Positions 19,207-29,670 of a stretch of DNA of 64,000 nt are shown piece by piece. Every line of letters begins with the position of its first letter. The stretch's first letter is position 1. The stretch is taken from NCBI GenBank assembly GCA_965197475.1, contig CBDANF010000002.1, positions 1,376,001 to 1,440,000 of the forward strand, read 5' to 3'. The notes below the pieces were generated by a model that saw nothing but the letters and a program-made list of their open reading frames with translations, had not been told where the DNA came from and did no database searches. The stretch is from Candidatus Poribacteria bacterium. GTDB taxonomy: Bacteria > Poribacteria > WGA-4E > WGA-3G. The position numbers and the translations under genes are program-made.

Positions 19207-21699
19207 TCAAAATTCAAGTGTTAGTCCAACATAGATAATACGCGGGAGTTGTGATATTTCGTCAGATTCCCATTCTTCAATTTCAATCTCTTCACCTTGA
19301 ATCTCAATCGTCGCTTCTCTAAAGATAAATTTTATCGTATTCTTGCGGTTGTAGAGATTCAGAATATCAAGGAATCCACCTATCTTCATGCCTCTAACGT
19401 TCCATTTATGACTGATTCTGAAATCTAACTTATGGTACGGTGTCAACTCGGCACGTAATTCCTCGTCAACACTTGCCAATAGCGGATTCAGTCCGCGGGT
19501 AACCGGATCTTGAATCAGGACGAGAGAACTAATCGGGACTTCAGAGGTGCCATTTAAATACTGCCATTTCACGCCTATCTCGAAATTTGACGTGAAGTTA
19601 TAGTTTGCGACAATACTTACGATATATGTGTTATCAAAGAGATAAGGTTGATAAGTAACATCAGGATTTTCTCGCCGCTCAGCGTGGGTGTATGCATAAG
19701 ATACCCATCCGAAGAATTTATCAGTGACCCGGTGACGTAAGAACGCCTCAACACCACCAACGTAAGCAGCACCTTGATTGAGATAGTTTGATACACCATC
19801 TTCTGTTGCTAATCTCCCTCCCGCAGAAGAAGCAGACTCCGGCTCGGATGTCGTTGAAACCTTATCTTTCGTTACTAATTTCTGCTCGTCCTTATAATAG
19901 GTAGCAAACTTGAATTCCGTTTGAGAGGTAAGATCATGTTCGATCTCCATGATATAGTGGCGTGCAAGACTGGATTTCAAATCTGGATTTCCGTTTTCTG
20001 ATAGCAGTTGATACGGTTTCGGACTCTGTTCATAGTTTCCGTATGCAAACCGAATATTGAAATCACTTGGAAGTTTGAAATTTACACTTCCTCTCGGTTG
20101 CACAGAAAGCTGTTCCGTCAAATCAAGGTAATCTAATCGTGTGCCAAGTGCAATCGAAACGGAAGGCAATGGGTCATACCGTGCTTGTAGATAGCCTTCG
20201 GAACGATAAAAATCGTGTCCAAATTCATAGTGTCTCTTTTCCAATTCTGTAACTTCGTAACGTGCTGGTCGACTCGTTCTGATTTCTCTCACACTATTGC
20301 CTTCAACAAAACGTGCCTCAATTTCAATACCTTCCCCGATGGGTTCATATTCGTAAGCTTGTAAGTCTTCAAAACTATTGGCTGGACTGAACGACAGAAG
20401 GAGACCCGATTCAAACTGCAGAGTGGGGTTTAATCTGTAGGATACATCTTCGCGGAGTGTCCAGACTGGCACTTTGACTTTAACGTCATAGTTATTGGTA
20501 AGTATCTCTTCGGCTACTAATTTACCGTCCTCCAGTTTAAATTCACCGTCTTCAAGCACATAGGCCACTACAAAAGGGTCTTCAAATTTTATATTGAGGA
20601 AATTGAAGGTGCGGGTAAATGAAAAATGGGATGTTAAATTTTCGGTAAAGTTTGAATGGAGATGGATGCCTTGTCCGGTAAAACCGTTTTTGAAATAGAA
20701 AGTACCTCTTTCAAGATGGGCATCTATAGAATCTTCTATTTCTTCCTCTCTAAAATGGAAATGGTCTGTTGCGGCAAAAGCGTTGAGTGTAAGATGATGG
20801 TTAGCTGTTAGTGGATAAGCAAATTTGAACTGATAATCTGAAAAATATGGGAATTGTTGCTCTGAACCTGTCTGTGCTTCAACAATCGGTCCTACAATGA
20901 AATCGAAGTAACTCCGACGTCCGGAAGCAGAGATATATCCTTTTTCCCCTATCCATCCTTCAAGCAATCCTCCAGAATAGAGTATATTTAGGTTGAACTT
21001 TCCATCCAACCTGTTTTCAATACTATCACGTGCATGGATGTCAAGCACCGCTTGCGAATCTAACCCAAATTGCGCTCCGTATCCACCTGCATAGATGTCA
21101 ATTTTCTCAATAGTTTCTGAGCTGATGGTTGACAGTAAACCACCCCAGTGAAAAGGGTATCCGAGTTGAGTTCTGTCAAGATAGTAGAGATTAGATCCAG
21201 GATCACTACCCCGAATATAGAGAACACCAAAGTAATCGTTTGGAATACCGATACTTGGAAGCGTGGTCAATCCTTTGAGTGCATCATTCATCACCCCAGG
21301 GATGCGGAGAAGTTCGCTGCCACGAATGTCTTTACGACTCACTGTTGGCGGAATGCGTTTCCCTTCAACGACGACTGTTTCTAACTCAAATACTTCACCG
21401 AGGGACATTTTCGCTTGTGTGGTATGTCCTGCGGTCACTTCAACAGTCGTTTTTGTTGGTGTAGTGAAGGAGGGATGTGTGATTGTGAGGGTGTATGTGC
21501 CGGGCGCAAGACCTGTGAACCAGACTTTACCGTCCGCATCACTTTTTTGACGTTCGTCTGTTTCAAGGATATGAACTTCTGCACCTACTAACGGTTCGTC
21601 TGTATCTCTGCTATAAACTGTGCCTTCAATTGTGCCTGTTTGAGAAAAGGCAGCTGAGGGGATTAGTAAAACCATTAGCAGGCAGATAAAACTTCTCAT
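19207..21699 (-). CDS. TonB-dependent receptor with carboxypeptidase-regulatory-like N-domain
   Basis: Paralog of the two adjacent receptors; terminal LEF. Confidence 0.9.
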   Translation of the reverse strand: MRSFICLLMVLLIPSAAFSQTGTIEGTVYSRDTDEPLVGAEVHILETDERQKSDADGKVWFTGLAPGTYTLTITHPSFTTPTKTTVEVTAGHTTQAKMSLGEVFELETVVVEGKRIPPTVSRKDIRGSELLRIPGVMNDALKGLTTLPSIGIPNDYFGVLYIRGSDPGSNLYYLDRTQLGYPFHWGGLLSTISSETIEKIDIYAGGYGAQFGLDSQAVLDIHARDSIENRLDGKFNLNILYSGGLLEGWIGEKGYISASGRRSYFDFIVGPIVEAQTGSEQQFPYFSDYQFKFAYPLTANHHLTLNAFAATDHFHFREEEIEDSIDAHLERGTFYFKNGFTGQGIHLHSNFTENLTSHFSFTRTFNFLNIKFEDPFVVAYVLEDGEFKLEDGKLVAEEILTNNYDVKVKVPVWTLREDVSYRLNPTLQFESGLLLSFSPANSFEDLQAYEYEPIGEGIEIEARFVEGNSVREIRTSRPARYEVTELEKRHYEFGHDFYRSEGYLQARYDPLPSVSIALGTRLDYLDLTEQLSVQPRGSVNFKLPSDFNIRFAYGNYEQSPKPYQLLSENGNPDLKSSLARHYIMEIEHDLTSQTEFKFATYYKDEQKLVTKDKVSTTSEPESASSAGGRLATEDGVSNYLNQGAAYVGGVEAFLRHRVTDKFFGWVSYAYTHAERRENPDVTYQPYLFDNTYIVSIVANYNFTSNFEIGVKWQYLNGTSEVPISSLVLIQDPVTRGLNPLLASVDEELRAELTPYHKLDFRISHKWNVRGMKIGGFLDILNLYNRKNTIKFIFREATIEIQGEEIEIEEWESDEISQLPRIIYVGLTLEF

Positions 21700-22076
21700 G
21701 ATCGGGACTCCTATGCAAATGTGTCGGTATTATGGTAGATTTTGGAATTACTTGGACACTCTGCAACAGTGAGGTTAGGAAACCTCCAAATCAAAGGTAT
21801 GAATGCCATTTAGGCATTCACCGCCTACCGGGAGACGAAAGTGTCTATATATTTTTACGCAATGAGTAGTTTTGGACTTGAGAAAAATTTTAAAAAATCG
21901 CTATAAAGCCTTGTGTCCACTGGGTTTATATGGTATAATATAGATAAGAAAATAGGGGGTTGGTAGCCCCCTAAATGAACACAAAAAGCGAGTTGCTTTT
22001 TGACGGTTCTAATCTTATCTGGTATTATATCAGAAATCCGTCAGAAAAAGCAACTCCTATTTCAAGGAGTTATCTG

Positions 22077-22958
22077 ATGGATTTGTTGAAGGTGATGGAG
22101 CGTTTTCCCGATCAAGAGAGTTGTATTTCGCATTTAGAGAAGATTCGGTGGCGAGGTAAACCTGTGTGTCCGCATTGTGAAAGCGATCATATAGGAGAAC
22201 GGACAGAAACAGAAATCGGTCGTATCGGTCGTTGGAACTGCCACGAGTGCCAAGTGAGTTTCAAGGTGACGTGCAGGTCGGTGTTTCACGGGACAAAGAT
22301 AGCGTTACAGAAGTGGTTTTTGGCTATTTCGTTGATAACGAATGCGAAGAAAAGTTTGTCAAGTCATCAACTTGCGCGCGATTTAGACTTGAATCAAAAG
22401 ACAGCATGGTATATCATGACTCGTATCCGTGCTGAAATGGCAAAGAAAGGTAACGTGCTACTACAAGGCATCATAGAGGCAGATGAAACTTACATCGGGG
22501 GTAAACCTCGTAAGCCTAATAAGAAGGAAGACCACGTGCCTGCCAAGCGTGGACGTGGAACAGAGAAAGACGCTATTATCGGGGCAGTACAGCGGGGCGG
22601 GAAAGTTGTAGCACAACTCGCTAAAGATTTGACAGGACGGACTATTTTAGACTTTATCCGAAGAGTCGTCAAAGTTGAGGATTCGGAGTTGATGACCGAT
22701 GAGTATAAGGCGTATCTCGCTATCGGCAAGGAGATGAAACACCATATCATAGATCATCAAACGCAATTTGTTGAGGGTGATGTCCACACAAACACAATTG
22801 AGGGGTTTTGGAGTCTACTCAAACGAGCTTGGTATGGAAGTCATCACCACTACTGGACTGAATATACGCCCCTGTATGTAGCAGAGGCGTGCTATAAATA
22901 CAACTATAGGAGCATTGACAGTATCTTTGATAAGTTTGTTAATGAAAGTATGCGGTGA
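22077..22958 (+). CDS. IS1595-family (ISXO2-like) transposase
   Basis: Zn ribbon CPHC..CHEC, EADETYIGG, MTDEY, HTNTIEGFWS; start chosen by AAGGAG RBS and match to 55554 copy (293 aa). Confidence 0.95.
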   Translation: MDLLKVMERFPDQESCISHLEKIRWRGKPVCPHCESDHIGERTETEIGRIGRWNCHECQVSFKVTCRSVFHGTKIALQKWFLAISLITNAKKSLSSHQLARDLDLNQKTAWYIMTRIRAEMAKKGNVLLQGIIEADETYIGGKPRKPNKKEDHVPAKRGRGTEKDAIIGAVQRGGKVVAQLAKDLTGRTILDFIRRVVKVEDSELMTDEYKAYLAIGKEMKHHIIDHQTQFVEGDVHTNTIEGFWSLLKRAWYGSHHHYWTEYTPLYVAEACYKYNYRSIDSIFDKFVNESMR

Positions 22959-22967
22959 TGGACACAA

Positions 22968-23240
22968 CTAAAGGTATGCCTTATCAATCTTGTTCTTTTT
23001 GTCATCAGGATTTGAGGGAAAATGCTGTGGAAGTTCAAAAGTTGGCTTTCCATCTTTCAGAGCATCGATCATGTCAAGAGCAAATTCCAACCTCTCATTG
23101 TCCGTGTCAAAAGGTTTCTGAATCACTACGCGAAAATTTGTATCAAGTTTTACAAGGGCGAGTTCTACAAAACTCTCTGTATGTAAGGCTAAAAGTGAAA
23201 AATCAACAGGATCGGAAGGCGGCTTGAATATTACCCACAT
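22968..23240 (-). CDS. Hypothetical 90-aa passenger protein
   Basis: AAGGAG RBS; positional and length equivalent of 54238..54510. Confidence 0.7.
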   Translation of the reverse strand: MWVIFKPPSDPVDFSLLALHTESFVELALVKLDTNFRVVIQKPFDTDNERLEFALDMIDALKDGKPTFELPQHFPSNPDDKKNKIDKAYL

Positions 23241-23296
23241 GGGTTTAGTCTCCTTTGGGGTTAGAGGGGACAGAGTCCCCTCGTTGGTTGGAATTG

Positions 23297-23686
23297 CTAA
23301 TACCCGTATGGAGAATCAGCAGCTGAAATTAAAATTATCCAAAGTCCCACCATAGTGCCAGTTCCAATAACACATCCTATTGTAGCATGTGTTATTTGGT
23401 CGTTTTTCACAAGTTTTTGATAAATGCTTGTGTAATAAGCAACATATTCTGGTGATTTTCCAAGCAATTTTTCTGGTAGTACCGTTGGTGTGACAACATA
23501 CGCAATTAACATACCGGTAACACCAAGTAGACAACCAACAGTTCCCCATATTTGAGTGTTTGCAAGTGTTGCATCACGTCGTGCATCAAATATTGCTTGC
23601 GCAGCATCACTTGTTTGTTGTGCAAGTGTGAGATATGGCGTAGTGAATAACATCACAACCATTATAAACGACAAAGTTTTCATCAA
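23297..23686 (-). CDS. Hypothetical secreted/membrane passenger protein
   Basis: Signal peptide plus two hydrophobic segments; AAGGA RBS. Confidence 0.75.
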   Translation of the reverse strand: MMKTLSFIMVVMLFTTPYLTLAQQTSDAAQAIFDARRDATLANTQIWGTVGCLLGVTGMLIAYVVTPTVLPEKLLGKSPEYVAYYTSIYQKLVKNDQITHATIGCVIGTGTMVGLWIILISAADSPYGY

Positions 23687-23753
23687 TGTTCCTTTTGTGA
23701 GGTAAAATGTGTATGTAGGGGATCAAAAGACCCCCTACATGTTTGCAAGCGGA

Positions 23754-23885
23754 TTATTTACACCGCTTGTGAGGTTTGACAGTTTCTTTCACCGTTGTGG
23801 CGGGACGGCGTTTGTCCGTGCCTTTGGGAAGGAACCGTCCATCTTTGGCATCGCGTACACGCGTGCCAGTGGCTTTTTTAGCCAT
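23754..23885 (-). CDS. Small basic 43-aa passenger protein (RDAKDGRF...TTVKET)
   Basis: GAGGT RBS; first gene after the leader; followed by a hairpin. Confidence 0.6.
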   Translation of the reverse strand: MAKKATGTRVRDAKDGRFLPKGTDKRRPATTVKETVKPHKRCK

Positions 23886-23992
23886 AGTATACCTCACTTT
23901 GCTTGAGATAAATTGGTGCATAGCGTATTTCCAGTGCGTTATGCACTGTTCAAGCATATAAAATTGATACGTTAAACGGGTATCGTTCGTAG

Positions 23993-24069
23993 GTTCGTTT
24001 ACACCTTTCTATGGGTGAGGGCAGGACACAACACAAGGAGTGTTGCGATAGAAATCCTGCCCAACGAAC
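23993..24069 (-). ncRNA. Predicted structured leader RNA (three-way junction with bulge-loop kissing)
   Basis: GTTCGTT/AACGAAC, GGGCAGGA/TCCTGCCC, CGCAACAC/GTGTTGTG, CACC/GGTG; bulge TTTCTAT complementary to loop ATAGAAA; begins just after TTGACA-N18-TATACT. Confidence 0.65.
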
Positions 24070-24153
24070 TTGAGAATAGTATAACATGGAAAGAATTTGA
24101 GTGTCAAGTGAAAAATTTGAGAAAAAATTTCAAGTCCAAAACTACTCATTGCG

Positions 24154-24326
24154 TAAAGTTATTACACAACAGACCTTTAGAACCTTTAGAACTTTATGAT
24201 CTGTCAAGCGATCCATTGGAAGCGACAGACACTGCACAGACAGATACTAATCTTTATAAAGAGATGGGACATTTGTTACAGGAGGAAACACAGAAAGCGG
24301 GCAGTATCCCCTGGCAAAAAAGCTAA
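24154..24326 (+). pseudogene. Sulfatase C-terminal fragment truncated by IS1595
   Basis: ELYDLSSDPLE motif; 5' part absent. Confidence 0.7.
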
Positions 24327-24636
24327 CCATTTCTCACATTTACAATCTATTCCACAAATCGTAAACGCGATTTCAATACACCGCGTTTGTAGTCGCGCAA
24401 TTCACGCGCCTCCTTACATTTTCTTAGTGCTTCCACATAATAGAAGGAAATCAATAGCATATTTTACTATCTTCCTTGGTATAAAGTGTCTCAATAATTG
24501 GGGGTTGCTATAAATGCTACAGTAGCTGTTTACGTTTGCGTTGACATTCCACCTAATCCATTGTATAATCAGAAGATACTTTTGCTGAATAGTCCTGCCT
24601 CCTCTAAAAAACCTTTGCTGCAAGGAGGGTTTAATT

Positions 24637-25344
24637 TTGTCTAAACAAGTGAATGGAAATGATGGGACAAGACTAAAGATTGATACGGATCCACATTTGG
24701 AAGAGAACAGCAATACTGTTGAAATGCAGTCGGAAAGGGATATGGATGAAGCAACAAATCCGCCAATTTCACAGGATAATGCTGAATTACTCCAGTCGCT
24801 TTCGCTCACAGAAATAAATCAAACCTTGGCAGCATTGCAAGATCTGTTCGAAAAGCAAATTGCTCGGAACCAGAATCAGACCCAGATGTATGACAAATTA
24901 TATGCTGAAATGAAGGACTATAAAGAGAGTTTTTTACTTGAAGTGCTTCACAAACCGATTATCCACAATCTGATCCAACTTTACGATAGTTTTGTATCGC
25001 TTGAATCTCAACTTGATGACATTCTTATTGATAAAGAGGAGAATATTCTTTTGGATGAACTGTCACAATACCGGAAGAATTTGGAGAACTTCCGGTTTGA
25101 ACTGGAAGAGGTGCTATACCGCATGGACGTGACACCTTATAAGGACTCTCTGGACACGCTTGACCGACAGTTGCACAAAACGCGCAAGGTAATACCGTCT
25201 GATGATCCCAAACAGGATAAAAAAGTTGCGGAAGTTCACAAAATTGGGTTCTACTGGCGTGAAAAAGTGTTCCGACCAGAAGAGGTGACGATTTTCCGTT
25301 ATACACCCTCCATAGGTGAGAAAGGGGGTAAAACGGATGGGTAA
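24637..25344 (+). CDS. GrpE-like nucleotide exchange factor
   Basis: Coiled coil, D..LH, VAEVHKIGF...FRPEEV; overlaps hsp70 start. Confidence 0.8.
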   Translation: MSKQVNGNDGTRLKIDTDPHLEENSNTVEMQSERDMDEATNPPISQDNAELLQSLSLTEINQTLAALQDLFEKQIARNQNQTQMYDKLYAEMKDYKESFLLEVLHKPIIHNLIQLYDSFVSLESQLDDILIDKEENILLDELSQYRKNLENFRFELEEVLYRMDVTPYKDSLDTLDRQLHKTRKVIPSDDPKQDKKVAEVHKIGFYWREKVFRPEEVTIFRYTPSIGEKGGKTDG

Positions 25345-26931
25345 AGTTGTTGGAATCGATTTAGGAACTACATTTTCTGTGATTGCACACGTCAATGAAC
25401 ATGGGCAATCGGAGATTATCCCTAATTTAGAAAGTGATCTATTACCCCATCGGTGATTTTGTTTGAGGACAACCTCGTAACAGTCGGAAAAATCGCCAAA
25501 CAGAATGCCAGAGCGGTTCCTGAACAGATTGTAGAGTTTGTCAAACGTGAGATGGGTAAACCTAAAGCGGAATTCTTTCGAACATTTAATGCAAAGGACT
25601 ATTCCCCCGAAGAACTCTCCGCACTTATTCTCACAAAACTCAAGCAGGATGCTGAAGCATATCTGAATGAAGAAATTACGGATGCAGTTGTCACTGTTCC
25701 TGCCTATTTTCACGATGCTGAACGGGAGGCTACCCGCAACGCAGGAAAAATCGCTGGATTGAATGTTCTACAAGTTCTTAATGAACCTACTGCTGCTGCA
25801 CTTGCTTACGGCATGGATCAATTGGGCAGTAACCAAAATGTGTTTGTGTTCGACCTTGGTGGCGGGACATTTGACGTAACCATCATGAACGTTTCCGAAT
25901 CAGAAATTCAGATGCTTGCAACGAACGGTGATCACAGACTGGGAGGTAAGGATTGGGACGATAAAATTATCACGCACGTCGCTGAGATGTTTGAGATAGA
26001 ACATGGAGAAAATCCGTTGGAGGACCTTCACACCTATCAAGACATTCAACTGGATGCGATAGGCGCGAAAGAATCTTTGTCCTTGCGGCAGCGAGCATTA
26101 ATCGTTTGTGGATACAATGGCAAAACAACCCGTGTTGAATTGACACGCGAAAAATTCGAAGAACTTACTGCTGACTTGCTTGAAAGGTGTCGAACTTTGT
26201 GTGATGTTGTCCTTTCGGAAGCAGAAATGACTTGGACAGATATTGACAATATCCTATTGGTAGGCGGCTCAACTCGGATGCCTATGGTGCAGCAAATGAT
26301 TGCCGCAATCAGTGGGAAAGAAATCAATCCACATCAAGTTAATCCTGATGAAGTTGTCGCAATCGGTGCAGCAATTCAGGGAACACTCCGCCAGATATCC
26401 GAAGGAAGCACCGAAACCGTAGATATGCCTGACGCTGTCATTGAGCGATTCATTGGACCGGACGGTGCCCCAAAGGTGACAGTTACAGATGGTGCCACAC
26501 ATAATCTCGGACTTGTCGTCCTTAATTCCCAACGTGAATATATGATTCACGTCATGATTCCCAAAATGACTGCTGTTCCGTGCGAAATTGCGGATAAATT
26601 CTTGACGGTTGACCGCAATCAACCTTCAGTTTTAATTGAGGTAGTGCAGGGACTTGAACAGGACCAACTCAAGGATAAAATTGATCTATTTGAGGAATAT
26701 AAATTGGGTGAATGTACCCTTGAACTGCCCCCTGGGTTGCCGCAAGGATCTCCAATTGAGGTGAACTACAAATATAACTTGGACCAGAATCTTGAGGTGA
26801 CGGCAAAATCCCTCACGGATGATGGTCCTACAGCTGTTTATGATATCTATTCCATTATTGAAAGACCAACACTCAATGAAGAGGAAGTTGCGCAGGCACG
26901 AACAGATCTACAAGACCTTGTCGTTGAATAA
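25337..26931 (+). CDS. Hsp70/DnaK-family protein, atypical (no lid); 1-nt frameshift near 25440
   Basis: MGKVVGIDLGTT at 25337 in a different frame from TVPAYF, NEPTAAA, DLGGGTFD, LVGGSTRMP. Confidence 0.9.
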
Positions 26932-27024
26932 ATAAGGTTTTGAAACGAAATTACCTTTTTGGGAACAGCATATTATTAGTACGCCTTCTGTCTTCCTCAA
27001 GTATGTGTCAAGGGAAATAAACGT

Positions 27025-28245
27025 ATGTCCAAGCGTGAGGAATTTATAACATTTCTCAATGAGCTCAAAATAGTTTCGCGTACTATTTCTGACGAACAGC
27101 GCAAAGGGCTTTTACAACGAGCAGTGCAGCATCATAACCTTTCTGTTGCGGAGGCAACTGAAATTCTGGGTACATCGGGATTAGTTGTTGGTGAAAACGT
27201 CAACTACTTTGAGATATTAAACCTCTCCATTGAAGACCTCCACAACTTAAATGAATCGGATATCAAGGCACGTGTTGAAACTTCACACAAAAAACTGTAT
27301 ACTGCTTCATTAATGGCGGGTGGTCGCCCCCGCTCCGATGGTAGAACAGAAGAACAGTGGCGGACGCTTTTGAATCAAGCGCGTGATGCGCTAAAAGAGC
27401 CACAAAACCGCCGCGCACACCTCGCTACCTTCCAGCATGGTGAAGATTTCATAGATGAGCCTCCAGTTCCTTTATATCTTGACAACATGGAACTTATCCC
27501 CGCAGGTGAATTTCAAATGGGAAGCAATGATGATGAGTCATTCAGTGATGAACATCCTATTCACACTGTTTTTCTTAACGCATTCTATATTGACAAATAT
27601 CCGGTGACGAATGCACAGTATAAGGCATTTGTAGATGCAAATCCGCAATGGAGCAAACCGCGTGGGTTCATAAAATTCATCCCTGCAAGATACCATGACG
27701 ACTATTACCTCCTCCACTGGAATAAGAACTACTACCCTGAGAGTAAAGCTGATCATCCGGTTGTTCACATTAGTTGGTATGCGGCGATGGCTTATGCAGA
27801 GTGGATAGGTAAGCGTTTACCGACAGAATCTGAGTGGGAGAAAGCAGCACGTGGTGGATTGGCAGGTCAAAAATATCCATGGGGAAATTTGATTGATACT
27901 GACATGGCAAACTTTGCCAAAAATGTTGGACAGACGACATCTATAGGGGAGTACCCCGCGAACGGATACGATTTATACGATATGGCGGGCAACGTGTGGG
28001 AGTGGTGCCTTGATAAATGGGATAATGGCTTTTACGAGTCTTCGCCAAGTACTAACCCGATCTCAGGTGACAGCGTAGATAGTATTATGGACAATTTTAC
28101 AAAATTTGAAACATCGCGTGTATTGCGTGGAGGCTCCTGGTACAATACTGCTGAAAACGTGCGAGTCACCAAACGTTCTGGGGCTCCGCCGGAGTACACG
28201 AATGCTAACATCGGTTTCCGATGTGTTCAATCTATTTCACCGTGA
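27025..28245 (+). CDS. J-like N-domain + FGE-sulfatase (SUMF1) domain protein
   Basis: NYFEIL...LNQARDAL..P.NRRAH; IPAGEFQMGS, RLPTESEWEKAARG, DMAGNVWEW, RGGSW...GFRC. Confidence 0.9.
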   Translation: MSKREEFITFLNELKIVSRTISDEQRKGLLQRAVQHHNLSVAEATEILGTSGLVVGENVNYFEILNLSIEDLHNLNESDIKARVETSHKKLYTASLMAGGRPRSDGRTEEQWRTLLNQARDALKEPQNRRAHLATFQHGEDFIDEPPVPLYLDNMELIPAGEFQMGSNDDESFSDEHPIHTVFLNAFYIDKYPVTNAQYKAFVDANPQWSKPRGFIKFIPARYHDDYYLLHWNKNYYPESKADHPVVHISWYAAMAYAEWIGKRLPTESEWEKAARGGLAGQKYPWGNLIDTDMANFAKNVGQTTSIGEYPANGYDLYDMAGNVWEWCLDKWDNGFYESSPSTNPISGDSVDSIMDNFTKFETSRVLRGGSWYNTAENVRVTKRSGAPPEYTNANIGFRCVQSISP

Positions 28246-28310
28246 TTTTTTGTTTCATTACACTTTTGGTCCGTGTGTGAACACACCAATTCTTAAAAAG
28301 AAGCAAATAG

Positions 28311-29610
28311 ATGTCTCAACGCGATGCGTATATAACCTTCATTAACGAGTTTAAAACGGTTTCACCGACGATCTCCGAAGAACAACGCAAAGGATTACTT
28401 CGTCGAGCAGTACAACAGCATGAGCTTTCTGTTGATGAAGCGTTTGAAATTCTGAATGCATCTGGATTGGTTATCGGTGAGCGGATAGATTATTTTGAGG
28501 TACTCGGTTTATCAATCTCAGATATTGAAACCCAAAGTGAATCGACTATTGTCAATAGCGTTGAGGTTGCACACAAAAAACTGTATACTGCTTCATTAAT
28601 GGCAGGTGGTCGCCCTCGCGCCGATGGTAGAACAGAGGAGCAATGGCGAATGCTTCTAAATCAAGCGCGTGAGACCTTGATTGATCCCCATAAAAGGCGC
28701 GAATACGTTGCTATGCTACAGCACGATGAGGCGGACTCGCTTTTAGAAGAGAAGCACCTCCTACCTTTGAACTATCTGATGTTGACAAAACAGACAGTCT
28801 GGAGTTAAGTCGTCAGATCGTTCCACCTGATGTGAATGTGCCGACTGACATGGTGTTCATCCCCGCAGGCGAGTTCCGAATGGGAAGCGATGACGCAGAA
28901 GCAAACGAAGACGAACATCCAATACACACTGTTTTTTTCAACGCGTTCCTTATGGATAAATACCCAGTGACCAATTCGGAATTTAAGGAATTTCTCAATG
29001 TTAACCCGCAGTGGCGGAAGCCAGAGTCATTCAAAGACTGTATTCCTATGGCTTATCACGATGGTGGCTACCTTAGTCACTGGGGCGACGAAACCTACCC
29101 GTACGGTAAAGGCGATCATCCGGTCACTCAGGTGAGTTGGTATGCAGCGATGGCTTACACACAATGGGTAGGTAAACGCCTGCCGACAGAGGCAGAGTGG
29201 GAAAAAGCTGCACGGGGAGGTTTCGTCGGGAAGAAGTATCCGTGGGGCGATTCTATGGATTCTAATACGCAAAGTAACACCTATAATTTAGACGATGCCA
29301 TCACGGTTGGCAGTTATTCTGCCAACAGATACGGTCTATATGACATGAGTGGCAACGTATGGGAGTGGTGCCTTGATGCGTATGATGCGGATTTCTATGT
29401 GAGTTCCCCACATAGAATCCATTTTCAGGTGTGAACAGCGTGGAGTGGGTCGTAGAACATTTCAGAAGTGTTAAGATTTCTCGCGTACTACGTGGAGGTC
29501 CTTGGGGCGTTGATTCTCAAGGTGCGCGGGTCTCTCACCGATTCAGAAGTAGTCCCACTGACACACTTCCTACTTTCGGATTTCGCTGTGCAATGGATAT
29601 TACATCATAA
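28311..29610 (+). pseudogene. J-like + FGE-sulfatase paralog with two frameshifts (~28750, ~29415)
   Basis: Pieces 28311..28808, 28832..29434 and a terminal RVLRGGPW...FGFRCAMDITS* ending at 29610. Confidence 0.8.
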
Positions 29611-29670
29611 TGTATGTTTTTAACCTTTAACGCTGTTGTAAACCTGACTGACCATGTAAGGTAAACACAC

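Larger units (their letters stand above)
21858..24153 (+). mobile_element. IS1595-family transposon with passenger genes (copy E1)
   Basis: TIR CGCAATGAGTAGTTTTGGACTTG at both ends; no target-site duplication visible. Confidence 0.9.

Noticed and set aside
21975-22076. N-terminal extension of the E1 transposase in the ORF track
   Set aside because: Not open in E2; region is a structured leader with the RBS before 22077
22955-23227. 90-aa plus-strand ORF coupled to the E1 transposase stop
   Set aside because: Almost fully antisense to 22968..23240, which has a strong RBS and a counterpart in E2; the similarly placed 54443..54676 ORF is unrelated and also unsupported
24015-24153. 5' part of ORF 24015..24326
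   Set aside because: Read-through from the IS end; only the part after 24153 is sulfatase-like
25337-26931. Calling this the housekeeping dnaK
   Set aside because: Short, lacks the helical lid, divergent substrate-binding domain, no canonical dnaJ or hrcA nearby
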